The position numbers and the translations under genes are program-made. Source: a virus. From it: DNA of 64,000 nucleotides. Below, piece after piece: positions 55,520-64,000 of this stretch (position 1 is its first letter; each line of letters begins with the position of its first letter). The stretch spans positions 1-64,000 of IMG/VR virus record IMGVR_UViG_3300042010_000040; one strand, written 5' to 3'. The notes under the pieces were generated by a model. The model made no database searches. It was not told where the DNA came from and was given only the letters and a program-made list of their open reading frames with translations.

Positions 55520-58216
55520 TTAAGATACAGAAGGCATAACGCGGAAGTTTGTACTCGTTCCGGCGACACCTTCCGCCACATTGACCCAGCCCATCGATCC
55601 ACCTGCTGCAATTGTATTATTCCAAATCTTGTGACCTCTGGAATAATAAAAACCATCGGTTGGAATTGCTGTTGCATAGTGTGGGGTGACAGAGACAAGC
55701 ATCCACTCTGCTGTTGTACCTAGTTGTGGGATGATCCTTTCGAATATCAAAGCACCACCGCTAGGGCAGGTGAGTTCAGGGACACCAGATGCACGTAGAC
55801 TAATATTACCATTAGATCGTACAGTTACAGCACCGATTGCAAACAGTGTACGATGTTGTCCGGGGTTTGCCCAACCATGAAGATTTGAAATACGGATGGT
55901 CCTGTCAGCATTAGGGGACACATAGCAAGATGGATGGCCCTGCATATCAACGTTACCAGAAGCATCAGTAACAACAATTTTGTGTTGTCTGTTGTTCTTA
56001 AACAGTGTCATTCCGGTAGTTTGCTTACTGTTCTGTCCCACGTATTCCCAAGACTGAACTTGGTCAAGGCCTACACTACTAGCGGCAACCATGTTGTCAA
56101 CAGTACCGAGCATAAACCCACCGGGGCCAACCTGTGTGCGGCTGCTGACACCTTCCCTGAAGATACCCCCATCACCAACACCACCTTGAATGAAAGTAGT
56201 TGCTACAGTTTGGGATGCGCTAACTTGGTAAGTGCCAGACTTTCCAGTTGAACCTGTCAACTGTTGGACTATGGTGGTTCCAGCAGTAACCCCAGTACCC
56301 GTTAATGACATACCCGCAGCGAACCTGCCAAGCATTGACACATCGTTCTCAATCGTAAGGGTAGTTCCTGCAATGGAGCCATTACCTCGACCCGCACCAA
56401 CCGTACCATTGCCAGCATTAGCATGTCTGTTAGCTTGGAAGAATTGTTGGGCGCCAGTTTGAATGTCAAAACAGATACCTACAGATTCAAACCAAGTTTC
56501 CATTACGCTATTGTTACTGCAAGCACCAAGCTCCTTCCAACCCAATCGGGTTTTTTCACAAGCAAATTGCCCCATAGCCATTACACCAGTGGGGCAACGT
56601 GCAGCCTGACCAACACCGGCAATATCAGAAGTACTTTCACCATGACCACTTGCATTGTCTGCAACTTCCGAGGGGGTTGGGTCAAATGTCAACAGTACAC
56701 CGATATCTGATATATCATCTGGTGCTGTGCTCATACCGCCTGTGTAACCGTTCTCAAGTTCAATTTGACCGTGTTGGCCAGTGAACATGTAGCCAATACT
56801 GCCAATAGCTCCACGGGCACCTACTTGACAATCCTGAAACTTAACAAACTGGTTTGGGAGAAGTGAATGAGCATCGGTATATCCGGCTCTTGACCACACA
56901 CATCTGTTGAAGTTAATGATTCTGACATTGAAGAATGTCGTGTGCCACAACCCACCTTGAGTGTACCCAGCATCCCATTTTGCACGGGCATACAATCCCC
57001 ACTGTGTTGGGTTGACAGGTGCCACGTTAAAGTCTGCTGTTGATGCTCCGCTTATAGTGAGGTTAGACCACCCGCATTCTGCAACAACGCCAGAGTCAAT
57101 TTCCACCATCCCGTAAGTAAATCCGGGATCTGCTACAGGAAGAGCAACAAACCCACCATTCCTCACGCCGGGGCCGTCAACTGGAACTCTGGAGCGGATG
57201 GTTAGCTTAGTTACGGGGGAGAAGCCAGACCCAAGTCTAACCTTACCCCCACCCTTACTGGACGCATATAGAGATGCTTTTTCACAAGCCAGAGTGTCAT
57301 CTGTCACGCCGTCAGCCAGTCTACCAAACTCCTCCATCCAAATTTCACCGGAAGTAATTCTTTGGAACCTGCCTGTTGGAACACCCACAACAGCGAAAGT
57401 ATACCCACCATTATCCGGTTCTGTTGAAGCAGAGTCCCATATGAAATCACCACCGCCGCGTGGGCCAAGATAAGGTACTCTTGTGGACCACCCAGCATGA
57501 TAGGATGCGACTTTATAAGTAAGGCCAGTCTTTCTTGGTAGCGTCAATAGGTCTGCAACAGAATCAACAGACACCACAGCACTGCCAACATTCAGTGCTG
57601 CACCATCGGCAGCAAGGTCTGCAATGCTTACTTTTGTACTTAGAAGACCTTCTGTGTAAACAGCAGAAGCCTGTGCATCATTGGCGGAGTCTAAGGAGTC
57701 TTGAGCAGAAGCAGCGCTTTCAGCAGCTTTAGTAGTCGCTGTAACTGCACTTGATGCTGAAGACACAGCCGAAGTTTGACTTGCTGTGGCACTATTGGCA
57801 GAAGCTGTTGCAGAGTTAGCCGAATTCGTAGCACTTACCGCAGCTTGGCTTGCAGACGCAGCAGCAGCATTCTTACTAGCCAATGCACCAGCAGCATCAG
57901 CAGCCACTTGAGCTGCCAAGCCATCACTATGAGCTGTCTGATCAAGCATCAACAATTCATTAATTGTTGTCTGCGTTGTATCATCTGTAATCTCAATATT
58001 ACCAATGTTGGCATAAGATCTGTATTCTAAAGAAAATACACTAACATGATACCAACCGTTTGGGACATCAATTTCATACTCACCATCTTCATCTGTCTTA
58101 AAGTCTTTTGTTACAAACATAAGAACTTGTTCAGAGGTGTTATTAGCTGTAATCCGAACAGAAGAGTTTTTGTATGGTTCGCCTGTAGGGGTGAGGAGGG
58201 TGCCTGAAAGAATCAT
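55520..58216 (-). CDS. Tailspike/side-fibre depolymerase (Stf-like N-terminus, Ala/Ser linker, beta-helix)
   Basis: [13 protein letters not shown]...TDEDGEY, AAASAS repeats, [13 protein letters not shown]-terminal GWVNVAEG. Confidence 0.85.
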   Translation of the reverse strand: MILSGTLLTPTGEPYKNSSVRITANNTSEQVLMFVTKDFKTDEDGEYEIDVPNGWYHVSVFSLEYRSYANIGNIEITDDTTQTTINELLMLDQTAHSDGLAAQVAADAAGALASKNAAAASASQAAVSATNSANSATASANSATASQTSAVSSASSAVTATTKAAESAASAQDSLDSANDAQASAVYTEGLLSTKVSIADLAADGAALNVGSAVVSVDSVADLLTLPRKTGLTYKVASYHAGWSTRVPYLGPRGGGDFIWDSASTEPDNGGYTFAVVGVPTGRFQRITSGEIWMEEFGRLADGVTDDTLACEKASLYASSKGGGKVRLGSGFSPVTKLTIRSRVPVDGPGVRNGGFVALPVADPGFTYGMVEIDSGVVAECGWSNLTISGASTADFNVAPVNPTQWGLYARAKWDAGYTQGGLWHTTFFNVRIINFNRCVWSRAGYTDAHSLLPNQFVKFQDCQVGARGAIGSIGYMFTGQHGQIELENGYTGGMSTAPDDISDIGVLLTFDPTPSEVADNASGHGESTSDIAGVGQAARCPTGVMAMGQFACEKTRLGWKELGACSNNSVMETWFESVGICFDIQTGAQQFFQANRHANAGNGTVGAGRGNGSIAGTTLTIENDVSMLGRFAAGMSLTGTGVTAGTTIVQQLTGSTGKSGTYQVSASQTVATTFIQGGVGDGGIFREGVSSRTQVGPGGFMLGTVDNMVAASSVGLDQVQSWEYVGQNSKQTTGMTLFKNNRQHKIVVTDASGNVDMQGHPSCYVSPNADRTIRISNLHGWANPGQHRTLFAIGAVTVRSNGNISLRASGVPELTCPSGGALIFERIIPQLGTTAEWMLVSVTPHYATAIPTDGFYYSRGHKIWNNTIAAGGSMGWVNVAEGVAGTSTNFRVMPSVS

Positions 58217-58920
58217 ATTGTCCCTACTGAGGTGGAGAGCTTGTTTTGTTTTTATAGAAAGATTTTCTTAAAGCCTATCAACAGGACAACCTGCAATACA
58301 TTTAGAAATGATAATAGGACTTAAGAAAATCAACTCTTTAGAGGAGAGGGCTAAAGAGTTGATGAAAGAATGTCTACAGGAGAGGATAGACTTCTTTAAG
58401 ATGCTGACGCGAGAGGAAGAGGAGGAGAACGTCAGCTTTGAAGGCACCATTAATAAAGAATTTATACTTGGATGGTGTCGGGTGAAACTAATTTGAGTGG
58501 TTGGTACTGAACTCCAACTTGCTGACGGCATATTCAGCAGCATACCCGCGTTGTGCTATTTCTAGTCTTACGCTGTGTATCAGTCTACACATTCACTCAA
58601 AACTGGAGCATACCTTGAAGGAATCTAACCTTCGACAACTTAAACGTATTCTAGACTACAGAATAAGGAGCCAACATGAGGCAGCATAAAACTTTAGTTT
58701 GAATCTTTAAATTCATTACCCCGTATTAAAACCATTTGAGCATCAATAAAGACACACATTGATAAGCTTGTTTAATTCCGAGGATTTCAGAACTCGTCAG
58801 TTCATTTCTTTAAGGGGCTCTAAGGCCTACGAAAAGACATTATTATGTCTCTCGGAATTGGAGTATAAATACTTCCTTTATTTTTCCCTAAAAATTTCCG
58901 CTGGTCTTCCTTGACCCAGT
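58217..58920 (-). ncRNA. Candidate large structured ncRNA or ncRNA cluster
   Basis: Follows a consensus promoter; multibranch domains, a tRNA-like element and three hairpins with UCUCCU loops. Confidence 0.55.
58604..58685 (-). other. Degenerate tRNA-like element
   Basis: T-arm GAAGG-TTAGATT-CCTTC, 3' CCA, 7-nt-loop stem TATTCT-GTAGTCT-AGAATA; no canonical D-arm. Confidence 0.45.
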
Positions 58921-58926
58921 AAAACA

Positions 58927-58955
58927 AGTATGAACTATAAAAGTTCTTTTGTCAA
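58927..58955 (-). promoter_or_regulatory. Sigma70-type promoter
   Basis: TTGACA-17-CATACT. Confidence 0.75.
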
Positions 58956-58979
58956 GTAATTGACTAATTTATTTGCAAT

Positions 58980-59126
58980 TTATTCAAAAATAGGCATCAC
59001 TTTACGGAATTGTGTGTTTCCTTCGGTGATACTTTCGAATGCATACTCAAATTTAAAGTCTGGATTGTCTTCTTCCCACAAATCTTCTTCAAGTTCTTCG
59101 TCTTCAAGATAATCTTCAATTTTCAT
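58980..59126 (-). CDS. Small very acidic protein (48 aa)
   Basis: MKIEDYLEDEELEEDLWEEDNPDF..., AGGA SD, overlaps the end of the HNH gene. Confidence 0.6.
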   Translation of the reverse strand: MKIEDYLEDEELEEDLWEEDNPDFKFEYAFESITEGNTQFRKVMPIFE

Positions 59127-59901
59127 TTTTAATCCTATTCTTTCTCTTTTTGATTGCTATCTTTTCCCAGTCATCTGGGTGTTTAGCGTTCTTTTCTAAA
59201 TTACATGTTGGACACAGCAGTTGAATATTCTCAGGCCAATTACTCCCACCTAATGCAAGCGGCATAATATGATCTGCGTGGTAACTTGTGAATATTAAGT
59301 TAGCAAGACATCCTGTACACAGGCCATTTTGTTTAACAAATAAGTTATGTATATCGTCTGCTGTAAACTCGCCTTCAGCGTTCTTTATTCTTGCACGTCT
59401 TCGGTGTGAATTAGCTTTGAGTGTGGCTTTATTTTCTAAAGTGTAGTTCTTAGCTCTTTCTTTGTAGCATTCAACGCAACCACCAGAGTCAGCATATTTC
59501 TTACTAAAATGTCCTTTTAATTCACAAGCAACATTATCGTAGTAATACTTTTCTTCTACATATATGGCTTGTGCTCTGGTTTTAGGTAAGAAAGATAATT
59601 CCATTTCAAGAAGTTTTGTTGATTCGGGGCTATCTGGATCAGCAACAGACTTTAGGAAGTCCATTGTGTCTTTAGCATATTGAATTGCTTCTTTTGCTGT
59701 TTGTTTGCGTTTGTATTTCTCTTCAGCCCTATCGGAACTCTGTTCTCTAAATAAATCGTTTTGTTCGTGAATGCATTCAACACATTTAGTGGATTCAACC
59801 ATTCTGTCTGCTATATGTCCATTCTTACATTCTTCACCAATAAAGTAATATACCTCACCAGCTTTTCTTGCGTCACTTCTACTTATAAATTCCACTACCA
59901 C
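59116..59901 (-). CDS. HNH endonuclease with Zn-binding repeats
   Basis: CTGC...HADHIMPLALGGSNWPENIQLLCPTCN; two CxxGH...CVEC-type repeats. Confidence 0.88.
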   Translation of the reverse strand: MVVEFISRSDARKAGEVYYFIGEECKNGHIADRMVESTKCVECIHEQNDLFREQSSDRAEEKYKRKQTAKEAIQYAKDTMDFLKSVADPDSPESTKLLEMELSFLPKTRAQAIYVEEKYYYDNVACELKGHFSKKYADSGGCVECYKERAKNYTLENKATLKANSHRRRARIKNAEGEFTADDIHNLFVKQNGLCTGCLANLIFTSYHADHIMPLALGGSNWPENIQLLCPTCNLEKNAKHPDDWEKIAIKKRKNRIKNEN

Positions 59902-60030
59902 CGTACCTAATCAATGTCAATCTAATTAGTATACGGGGTAGATAGCTTATTAATCAAGCTTTCACAATATTTATTTCTTATTTGAAACTGTATTATATTG
60001 AGTTTGTCAAGTTATATTTAAAATAATTGT

Positions 60031-61278
60031 TCAAACAGATAACTTCTCCTCAATAGCAACACCATCTTCTTTCCAATTCAGACTGATAGGCACTAAATAA
60101 TCCACACCAAACCTTTTACGAAAGCAATCACCCATAGTTTTTGATAGTAAGTCAGCATTCTTAGTCTGCACCAAAAATGAGTCATGCACTGGCAAGCATG
60201 AGATATTCTTTTCAATCATCACCTCTAGAATATCATTAGCCAAATGACTATCAGCATTTTGTAAGATACGCCCCATGCTATCTGGGCAACAGAAGAAATC
60301 ACCAAACTGTGGGTATTTATCATAGATAAGCAACATCACAGCCTTTGCACCGCCAAGGGAATACTTCTTTTTGTCTTCATCCTTAAGCAGATTAATCTCT
60401 TTACGAATAGCACCCTCTGCATCGTCGTCGTTATAGCAGTTAAACATGATGTTAACAGCGAGCTTCACGATACGACGATCTACTGTGTTTGTTTCATCTT
60501 CAAGAATACCTGAGTAAACGTCTAGTGGAAGGTACTCGACATCAATATCCTTGAGAGCAGCAGCTACACGAAAATGTAGATTGCAGAAGTCAATCTCACA
60601 AACTTCCTGACCTTCAATCTTAATATCAAGTCGTGCATCCGTATCTCGATTCTTAATTGCCAGCACATCAGCTTTATAAAATCGACCACCGTAAGCAAAC
60701 GACTCATTGAAGATACGACAGTAGAAGTTTGTGAGAGTCTTACCACTACCATCTTCAATACGAAATGATTCATTCATATGGTTGAGCTTACGAACAACCT
60801 CTTCCATTTTCTTGATATCTTGTGTGTTACGATAAGGGATTGAATTCTTGTCTTCATCTCGCAATTCAATAACCTTCACGGTGTCTTCATATGCTTTCAT
60901 AGTTTCCTCAATCAATTCTTCCATGTGCCAGACTTCAATGAACTTCTGGGTTGGAGTGATGTAGCTAACTTCCCTCTTCTCTTTAATCTTATGTGGCTTA
61001 CCCTTAACATTAACCACATAACCTTCATGTACTAAGTATTCAATACAACGAATAACCTTACGAGAGGTAATATCTTTCTTACTACTTGTCTTTGTTCCTC
61101 CTGTGTCTCTACTATACACAAGCTTACATTGTTTCTTAAGACAAGCAATCAGATTAGTGACAACCACACCTAACGTAGTAATGTCCTTATATCCATACAC
61201 CCTAATAGCATTACTTACCTCTCTACTAACTTTAATATCATAGGTTAGTAGCTTAGTATTCAAGATTACATCTCCCAT
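60031..61278 (-). CDS. Compact family A/T7-RNAP-like nucleotide polymerase-fold protein
   Basis: GGRFY, motif A EIDFCNLHFR, motif B RRIVKLAVN, motif C PVHDSF. Confidence 0.65.
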   Translation of the reverse strand: MGDVILNTKLLTYDIKVSREVSNAIRVYGYKDITTLGVVVTNLIACLKKQCKLVYSRDTGGTKTSSKKDITSRKVIRCIEYLVHEGYVVNVKGKPHKIKEKREVSYITPTQKFIEVWHMEELIEETMKAYEDTVKVIELRDEDKNSIPYRNTQDIKKMEEVVRKLNHMNESFRIEDGSGKTLTNFYCRIFNESFAYGGRFYKADVLAIKNRDTDARLDIKIEGQEVCEIDFCNLHFRVAAALKDIDVEYLPLDVYSGILEDETNTVDRRIVKLAVNIMFNCYNDDDAEGAIRKEINLLKDEDKKKYSLGGAKAVMLLIYDKYPQFGDFFCCPDSMGRILQNADSHLANDILEVMIEKNISCLPVHDSFLVQTKNADLLSKTMGDCFRKRFGVDYLVPISLNWKEDGVAIEEKLSV

Positions 61279-61419
61279 CCTCCTCTATACCTCCCTACTA
61301 TCATATAACGCAATTTTAGAGACAAAATGCTCTGTAGGCCACAGCCACAAAGGCTTGTAGCAAAAATCCCATAAATAAGTTTGCCTAAATTCGTCTGTAG
61401 GCATCAAATCTGAACAACC

Positions 61420-61449
61420 ATATTGGCACACACAGCAGCACCTTGTCAA
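61420..61449 (-). promoter_or_regulatory. Probable leftward promoter
   Basis: TTGACA-18-CAATAT. Confidence 0.5.
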
Positions 61450-61494
61450 CTCTCCCACAACATTATTTTTATTCCAAACAAATCTATTCACCGC

Positions 61495-61523
61495 TTGCAA
61501 TCCCTGAATCATGCGTGTAATAT
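61495..61523 (+). promoter_or_regulatory. Probable rightward promoter
   Basis: TTGCAA-17-TAATAT. Confidence 0.6.
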
Positions 61524-61555
61524 GACTTCATCAACTGAACGAAGGAGAGAAATAA

Positions 61556-61729
61556 ATGATTTTGAAAGACTTGATTGATGCTTTACAGAGAGCAGAGGAA
61601 GCTAATGACTTGTTGCTGAGGTTGTGGTTGCAGATTGACGTGTATTCCGGAGAGCTTCGAGAGGGTAAGCTTGATGTTCATACCCTCAATGAGTTGCTGC
61701 ATTTCTTTAATTTCGATGATAGCGAATAG
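61556..61729 (+). CDS. Small hypothetical protein (57 aa)
   Basis: AAGGAGA SD, MILKDLIDALQ... Confidence 0.6.
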   Translation: MILKDLIDALQRAEEANDLLLRLWLQIDVYSGELREGKLDVHTLNELLHFFNFDDSE

Positions 61730-61739
61730 GAGAACCCAA

Positions 61740-61895
61740 ATGCCCATCATCCACCTACACACCTACCGTCTCCTGAAACAAATCCTTGAACATGCAGATA
61801 AGGTTGTGATAGTGTCGGTAAACACAGATGATGGGAAGCAAATGGCATATACTTATGTGAAACGTAAACAAACTGAGAAGGGAGAGAAGAAATAA
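61740..61895 (+). CDS. Small hypothetical protein
   Basis: AGGAGA SD before MPIIHL. Confidence 0.55.
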   Translation: MPIIHLHTYRLLKQILEHADKVVIVSVNTDDGKQMAYTYVKRKQTEKGEKK

Positions 61896-62335
61896 TGGGA
61901 ATGTACACAGAAATTCAAGGTACTATTGAGTTTACAACCGAAACACTGGCTGAATGTTTTGTAGGAAAGAATCAGTGGTCAATGATGGGTCACACATTGG
62001 ATAAAGTAAAACCGTTCATCACATTCAGCCGAAGTCACTGGATACCACATTCAGGTGATGGTGTAAAGTCAATTGAAGGTAATATTGTAAAGTTTCACAG
62101 TGAGCTTAAGAACTATGACCACACAATCGAAGAGTTCTTGAAGCTACTTCCTTTTATGGCTAAGAAATGGTGCTTAGAAACTCGTTATGAAGAATGCAGT
62201 AACTGGACATTGCACAGGAATGATGAAGAAGATATCGACGTGAATGGTGATAACTACTTTGACAGAGAGCGGAGTAATGTTCCCGAGCAAATCTATCCAG
62301 ATATTGATGTGTTTGATGAGAGTAACTTGAAATGA
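61895..62335 (+). CDS. Hypothetical phage protein (MGMYTE...ELKNYD)
   Basis: TAATG coupling, 146 aa. Confidence 0.72.
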   Translation: MGMYTEIQGTIEFTTETLAECFVGKNQWSMMGHTLDKVKPFITFSRSHWIPHSGDGVKSIEGNIVKFHSELKNYDHTIEEFLKLLPFMAKKWCLETRYEECSNWTLHRNDEEDIDVNGDNYFDRERSNVPEQIYPDIDVFDESNLK

Positions 62336-62507
62336 CCCACAATTTCCGAGACAAAGACATAGACGAAATCTTCGTCATCCATTCACCAAACAACACTCTC
62401 CTCCACGTAAGCTATCTTGGCCCAACAGAGGAGACATTTTACACGAGGGCTGATATAGTGGCGATGTTGGACATTATTGATGGGAAGGAAGAGGGAGCGC
62501 TACGTAA

Positions 62508-62711
62508 ATGAAGATTAGTGAGTATCAGCAGGGTTTTGTTATTGGATTGGTTCTAGGTGCAATAATGATTATAACGATGTGTAGTTATTTTATTATCCGT
62601 CCTATGCTAGCTTTGGAGAATACTAGAATGCAGCTCATTGAAGAATGTCAGAAAGTTTTACCAAGGAATCAAACCTGTGAACTGGTAGCTGTGCCTGAGG
62701 AAAAACCATGA
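62508..62711 (+). CDS. Small membrane protein
   Basis: One TM, ECQKVLPRNQTC. Confidence 0.65.
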   Translation: MKISEYQQGFVIGLVLGAIMIITMCSYFIIRPMLALENTRMQLIEECQKVLPRNQTCELVAVPEEKP

Positions 62712-63010
62712 CCTATATTCTCTTGTGGTTCCTTTGTGCTTACTGCGCATATAAGCTACTCAAAAACTACGTCTCAGCCAACCTGCGACTAGTAGGCATC
62801 CCTGACGCTAGCATCGCTCAAGCTATGAGAAATGCCGCTAAGAAAGACGATTCGATTGAAGAAATCTACAATGCTACGGACAATACAATCAACGCAGCAT
62901 TTTGGACAGTGGTTTTAGTGGTGCATCTAGCTATTTGGCCTATTTGTTTGGTACAGTTGGTGGTGTGGCAGACAATAGATAAACAAGACTTTTCGGATTT
63001 TAGGGGTTGA
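62708..63010 (+). CDS. Membrane protein (2 TM)
   Basis: Hydrophobic ends, coupled. Confidence 0.65.
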   Translation: MTYILLWFLCAYCAYKLLKNYVSANLRLVGIPDASIAQAMRNAAKKDDSIEEIYNATDNTINAAFWTVVLVVHLAIWPICLVQLVVWQTIDKQDFSDFRG

Positions 63011-63011
63011 T

Positions 63012-63203
63012 ATGCTTCAGATTAAAACAGATAATCATGGTACTTACTGGATTGAACTAGATGGTGAGTGTATTCATGGGTGCCTTACAAAAGAATCCTC
63101 GTTGGTGTGGTTTAAGAGTTATCAAAAGGTATGGGATAGCGGCTATAAGTTTAAGACAGCCGAAGAAGAGGCTGAATTGGCTAGATCTTGGGAGGGCTTG
63201 TAA
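63012..63203 (+). CDS. Hypothetical protein
   Basis: AGGGG SD. Confidence 0.6.
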   Translation: MLQIKTDNHGTYWIELDGECIHGCLTKESSLVWFKSYQKVWDSGYKFKTAEEEAELARSWEGL

Positions 63204-63445
63204 TGATTACCCCAACATGGCATCTAGAGCAAGCTATTATGATGCTTGACAAGTGGTATAAATTTGCTGAAAATTCCTTAGCGCTGATTGACAAATACCC
63301 TGTAAAGTATAGGAAGCTTCAGCCACAACGACATAAACAGAATGCAGACTGTAAGCGTAATGCTCTACACTGTAAAACGGCTGGACTTGTATGGCATGAT
63401 CGATATAAGAGGCTATTAGACACACAAAGAGGTATGTTTAAGTGA
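63203..63445 (+). CDS. Hypothetical protein
   Basis: TAATG coupling (MITPTW...). Confidence 0.55.
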   Translation: MITPTWHLEQAIMMLDKWYKFAENSLALIDKYPVKYRKLQPQRHKQNADCKRNALHCKTAGLVWHDRYKRLLDTQRGMFK

Positions 63446-63645
63446 GTGACACAAGAGAGTGTGAATTCTGTAGAGATAGGCTAGAAGAGTTTGCAGAAGA
63501 TGCTGTTGTCTGTGGAGCCTGTGACGGAACTAGATTATTGGGTGTTCGTGAATGCTTCTGTCACGCCTATGAACCTTCAGAATGTGGTTGTGAGGCTGAT
63601 TGGTCAGATTATACAGAGATTGATTACTGTGAGGATGAAGAGTGA
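63442..63645 (+). CDS. Small Cys-rich acidic protein
   Basis: CEFC, CGAC, CFC, CGC. Confidence 0.6.
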   Translation: MSDTRECEFCRDRLEEFAEDAVVCGACDGTRLLGVRECFCHAYEPSECGCEADWSDYTEIDYCEDEE

Positions 63646-64000
63646 AAGTATGCTGTTCAAACGGTAAACCTTATGACTCTCTAACAGACTTCGAGCGACT
63701 GGGTGGGTGCTCAACCGATCAATGTGTAGGACCAATAGAGGTTGAAGACTTTGATCTATTACTAACTGGTCTTGGAACATTCGATCCAAAAGACATACCG
63801 ACAATTGAAGATCTTCTGGATTTCGATAGAGGTGTGCAGTCTGCTATTGATGGACAAGATATACGAAAAGCCAAACTAGCACAATTTGGAAGTAGGCTTC
63901 AGAAAGAAATAGATCTATTAACAGTCTGTGGAACATTCAACACAGACGAATGCATCAGTCACGAAGACTTTAGACATCTCTTCAACAAATCTGGTAGTTG
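63642..64000 (+). CDS. Hypothetical protein, runs off the right edge
   Basis: GTG with GAGG SD; the frame appears open to the window end. Confidence 0.55.
   Translation, partial: MKVCCSNGKPYDSLTDFERLGGCSTDQCVGPIEVEDFDLLLTGLGTFDPKDIPTIEDLLDFDRGVQSAIDGQDIRKAKLAQFGSRLQKEIDLLTVCGTFNTDECISHEDFRHLFNKSGS

Noticed and set aside
58308-58496. 62-aa plus-strand ORF (and the 91-aa minus-strand ORF 58268-58543)
   Set aside because: No good SD or clear promoter; the Glu run is explained by the purine-rich loops. Not fully excluded
58780-58805. Hammerhead ribozyme suggested by minus-strand CUGACGA-GUUCU-GAAA
   Set aside because: Stem II is essentially absent, no properly paired stem III with a UH cleavage triplet, and the bases fit a simple gaact/agttc hairpin better

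Overview
A 64-kb piece of a lytic myovirus genome from a Gram-negative host. The gene order resembles Felix O1/PAK_P1/KIL-like phages, and a gammaproteobacterial host such as Pseudomonas is my inference, not shown. From left to right: a minus-strand repair/helicase block (1-3.3 kb); a plus-strand replication and nucleotide-metabolism block (primase-helicase, PolA, SSB, exonucleases, ThyX, NrdAB; 3.5-25.4 kb); a minus-strand lysis, tail, head and packaging block (25.5-58.2 kb); an HNH and a compact PolA-like gene (59-61.3 kb); and small early-type genes (61.5-64 kb). Eight free-standing homing endonuclease genes are interspersed, one of them frameshifted. No integrase, repressor, CRISPR array or intact tRNA was seen. 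The most unusual signal is non-coding: a ~700-nt promoter-driven, densely structured region (58217-58920) with a tRNA-like element and three hairpins whose loops all carry UCUCCU (AGGAGA on the other strand). A second ~330-nt structured RNA follows the putative small terminase, and there are RBS-sequestering RNA switches in front of several endonuclease genes. All structures were folded by eye and all protein calls come from motif recognition; no searches were run.
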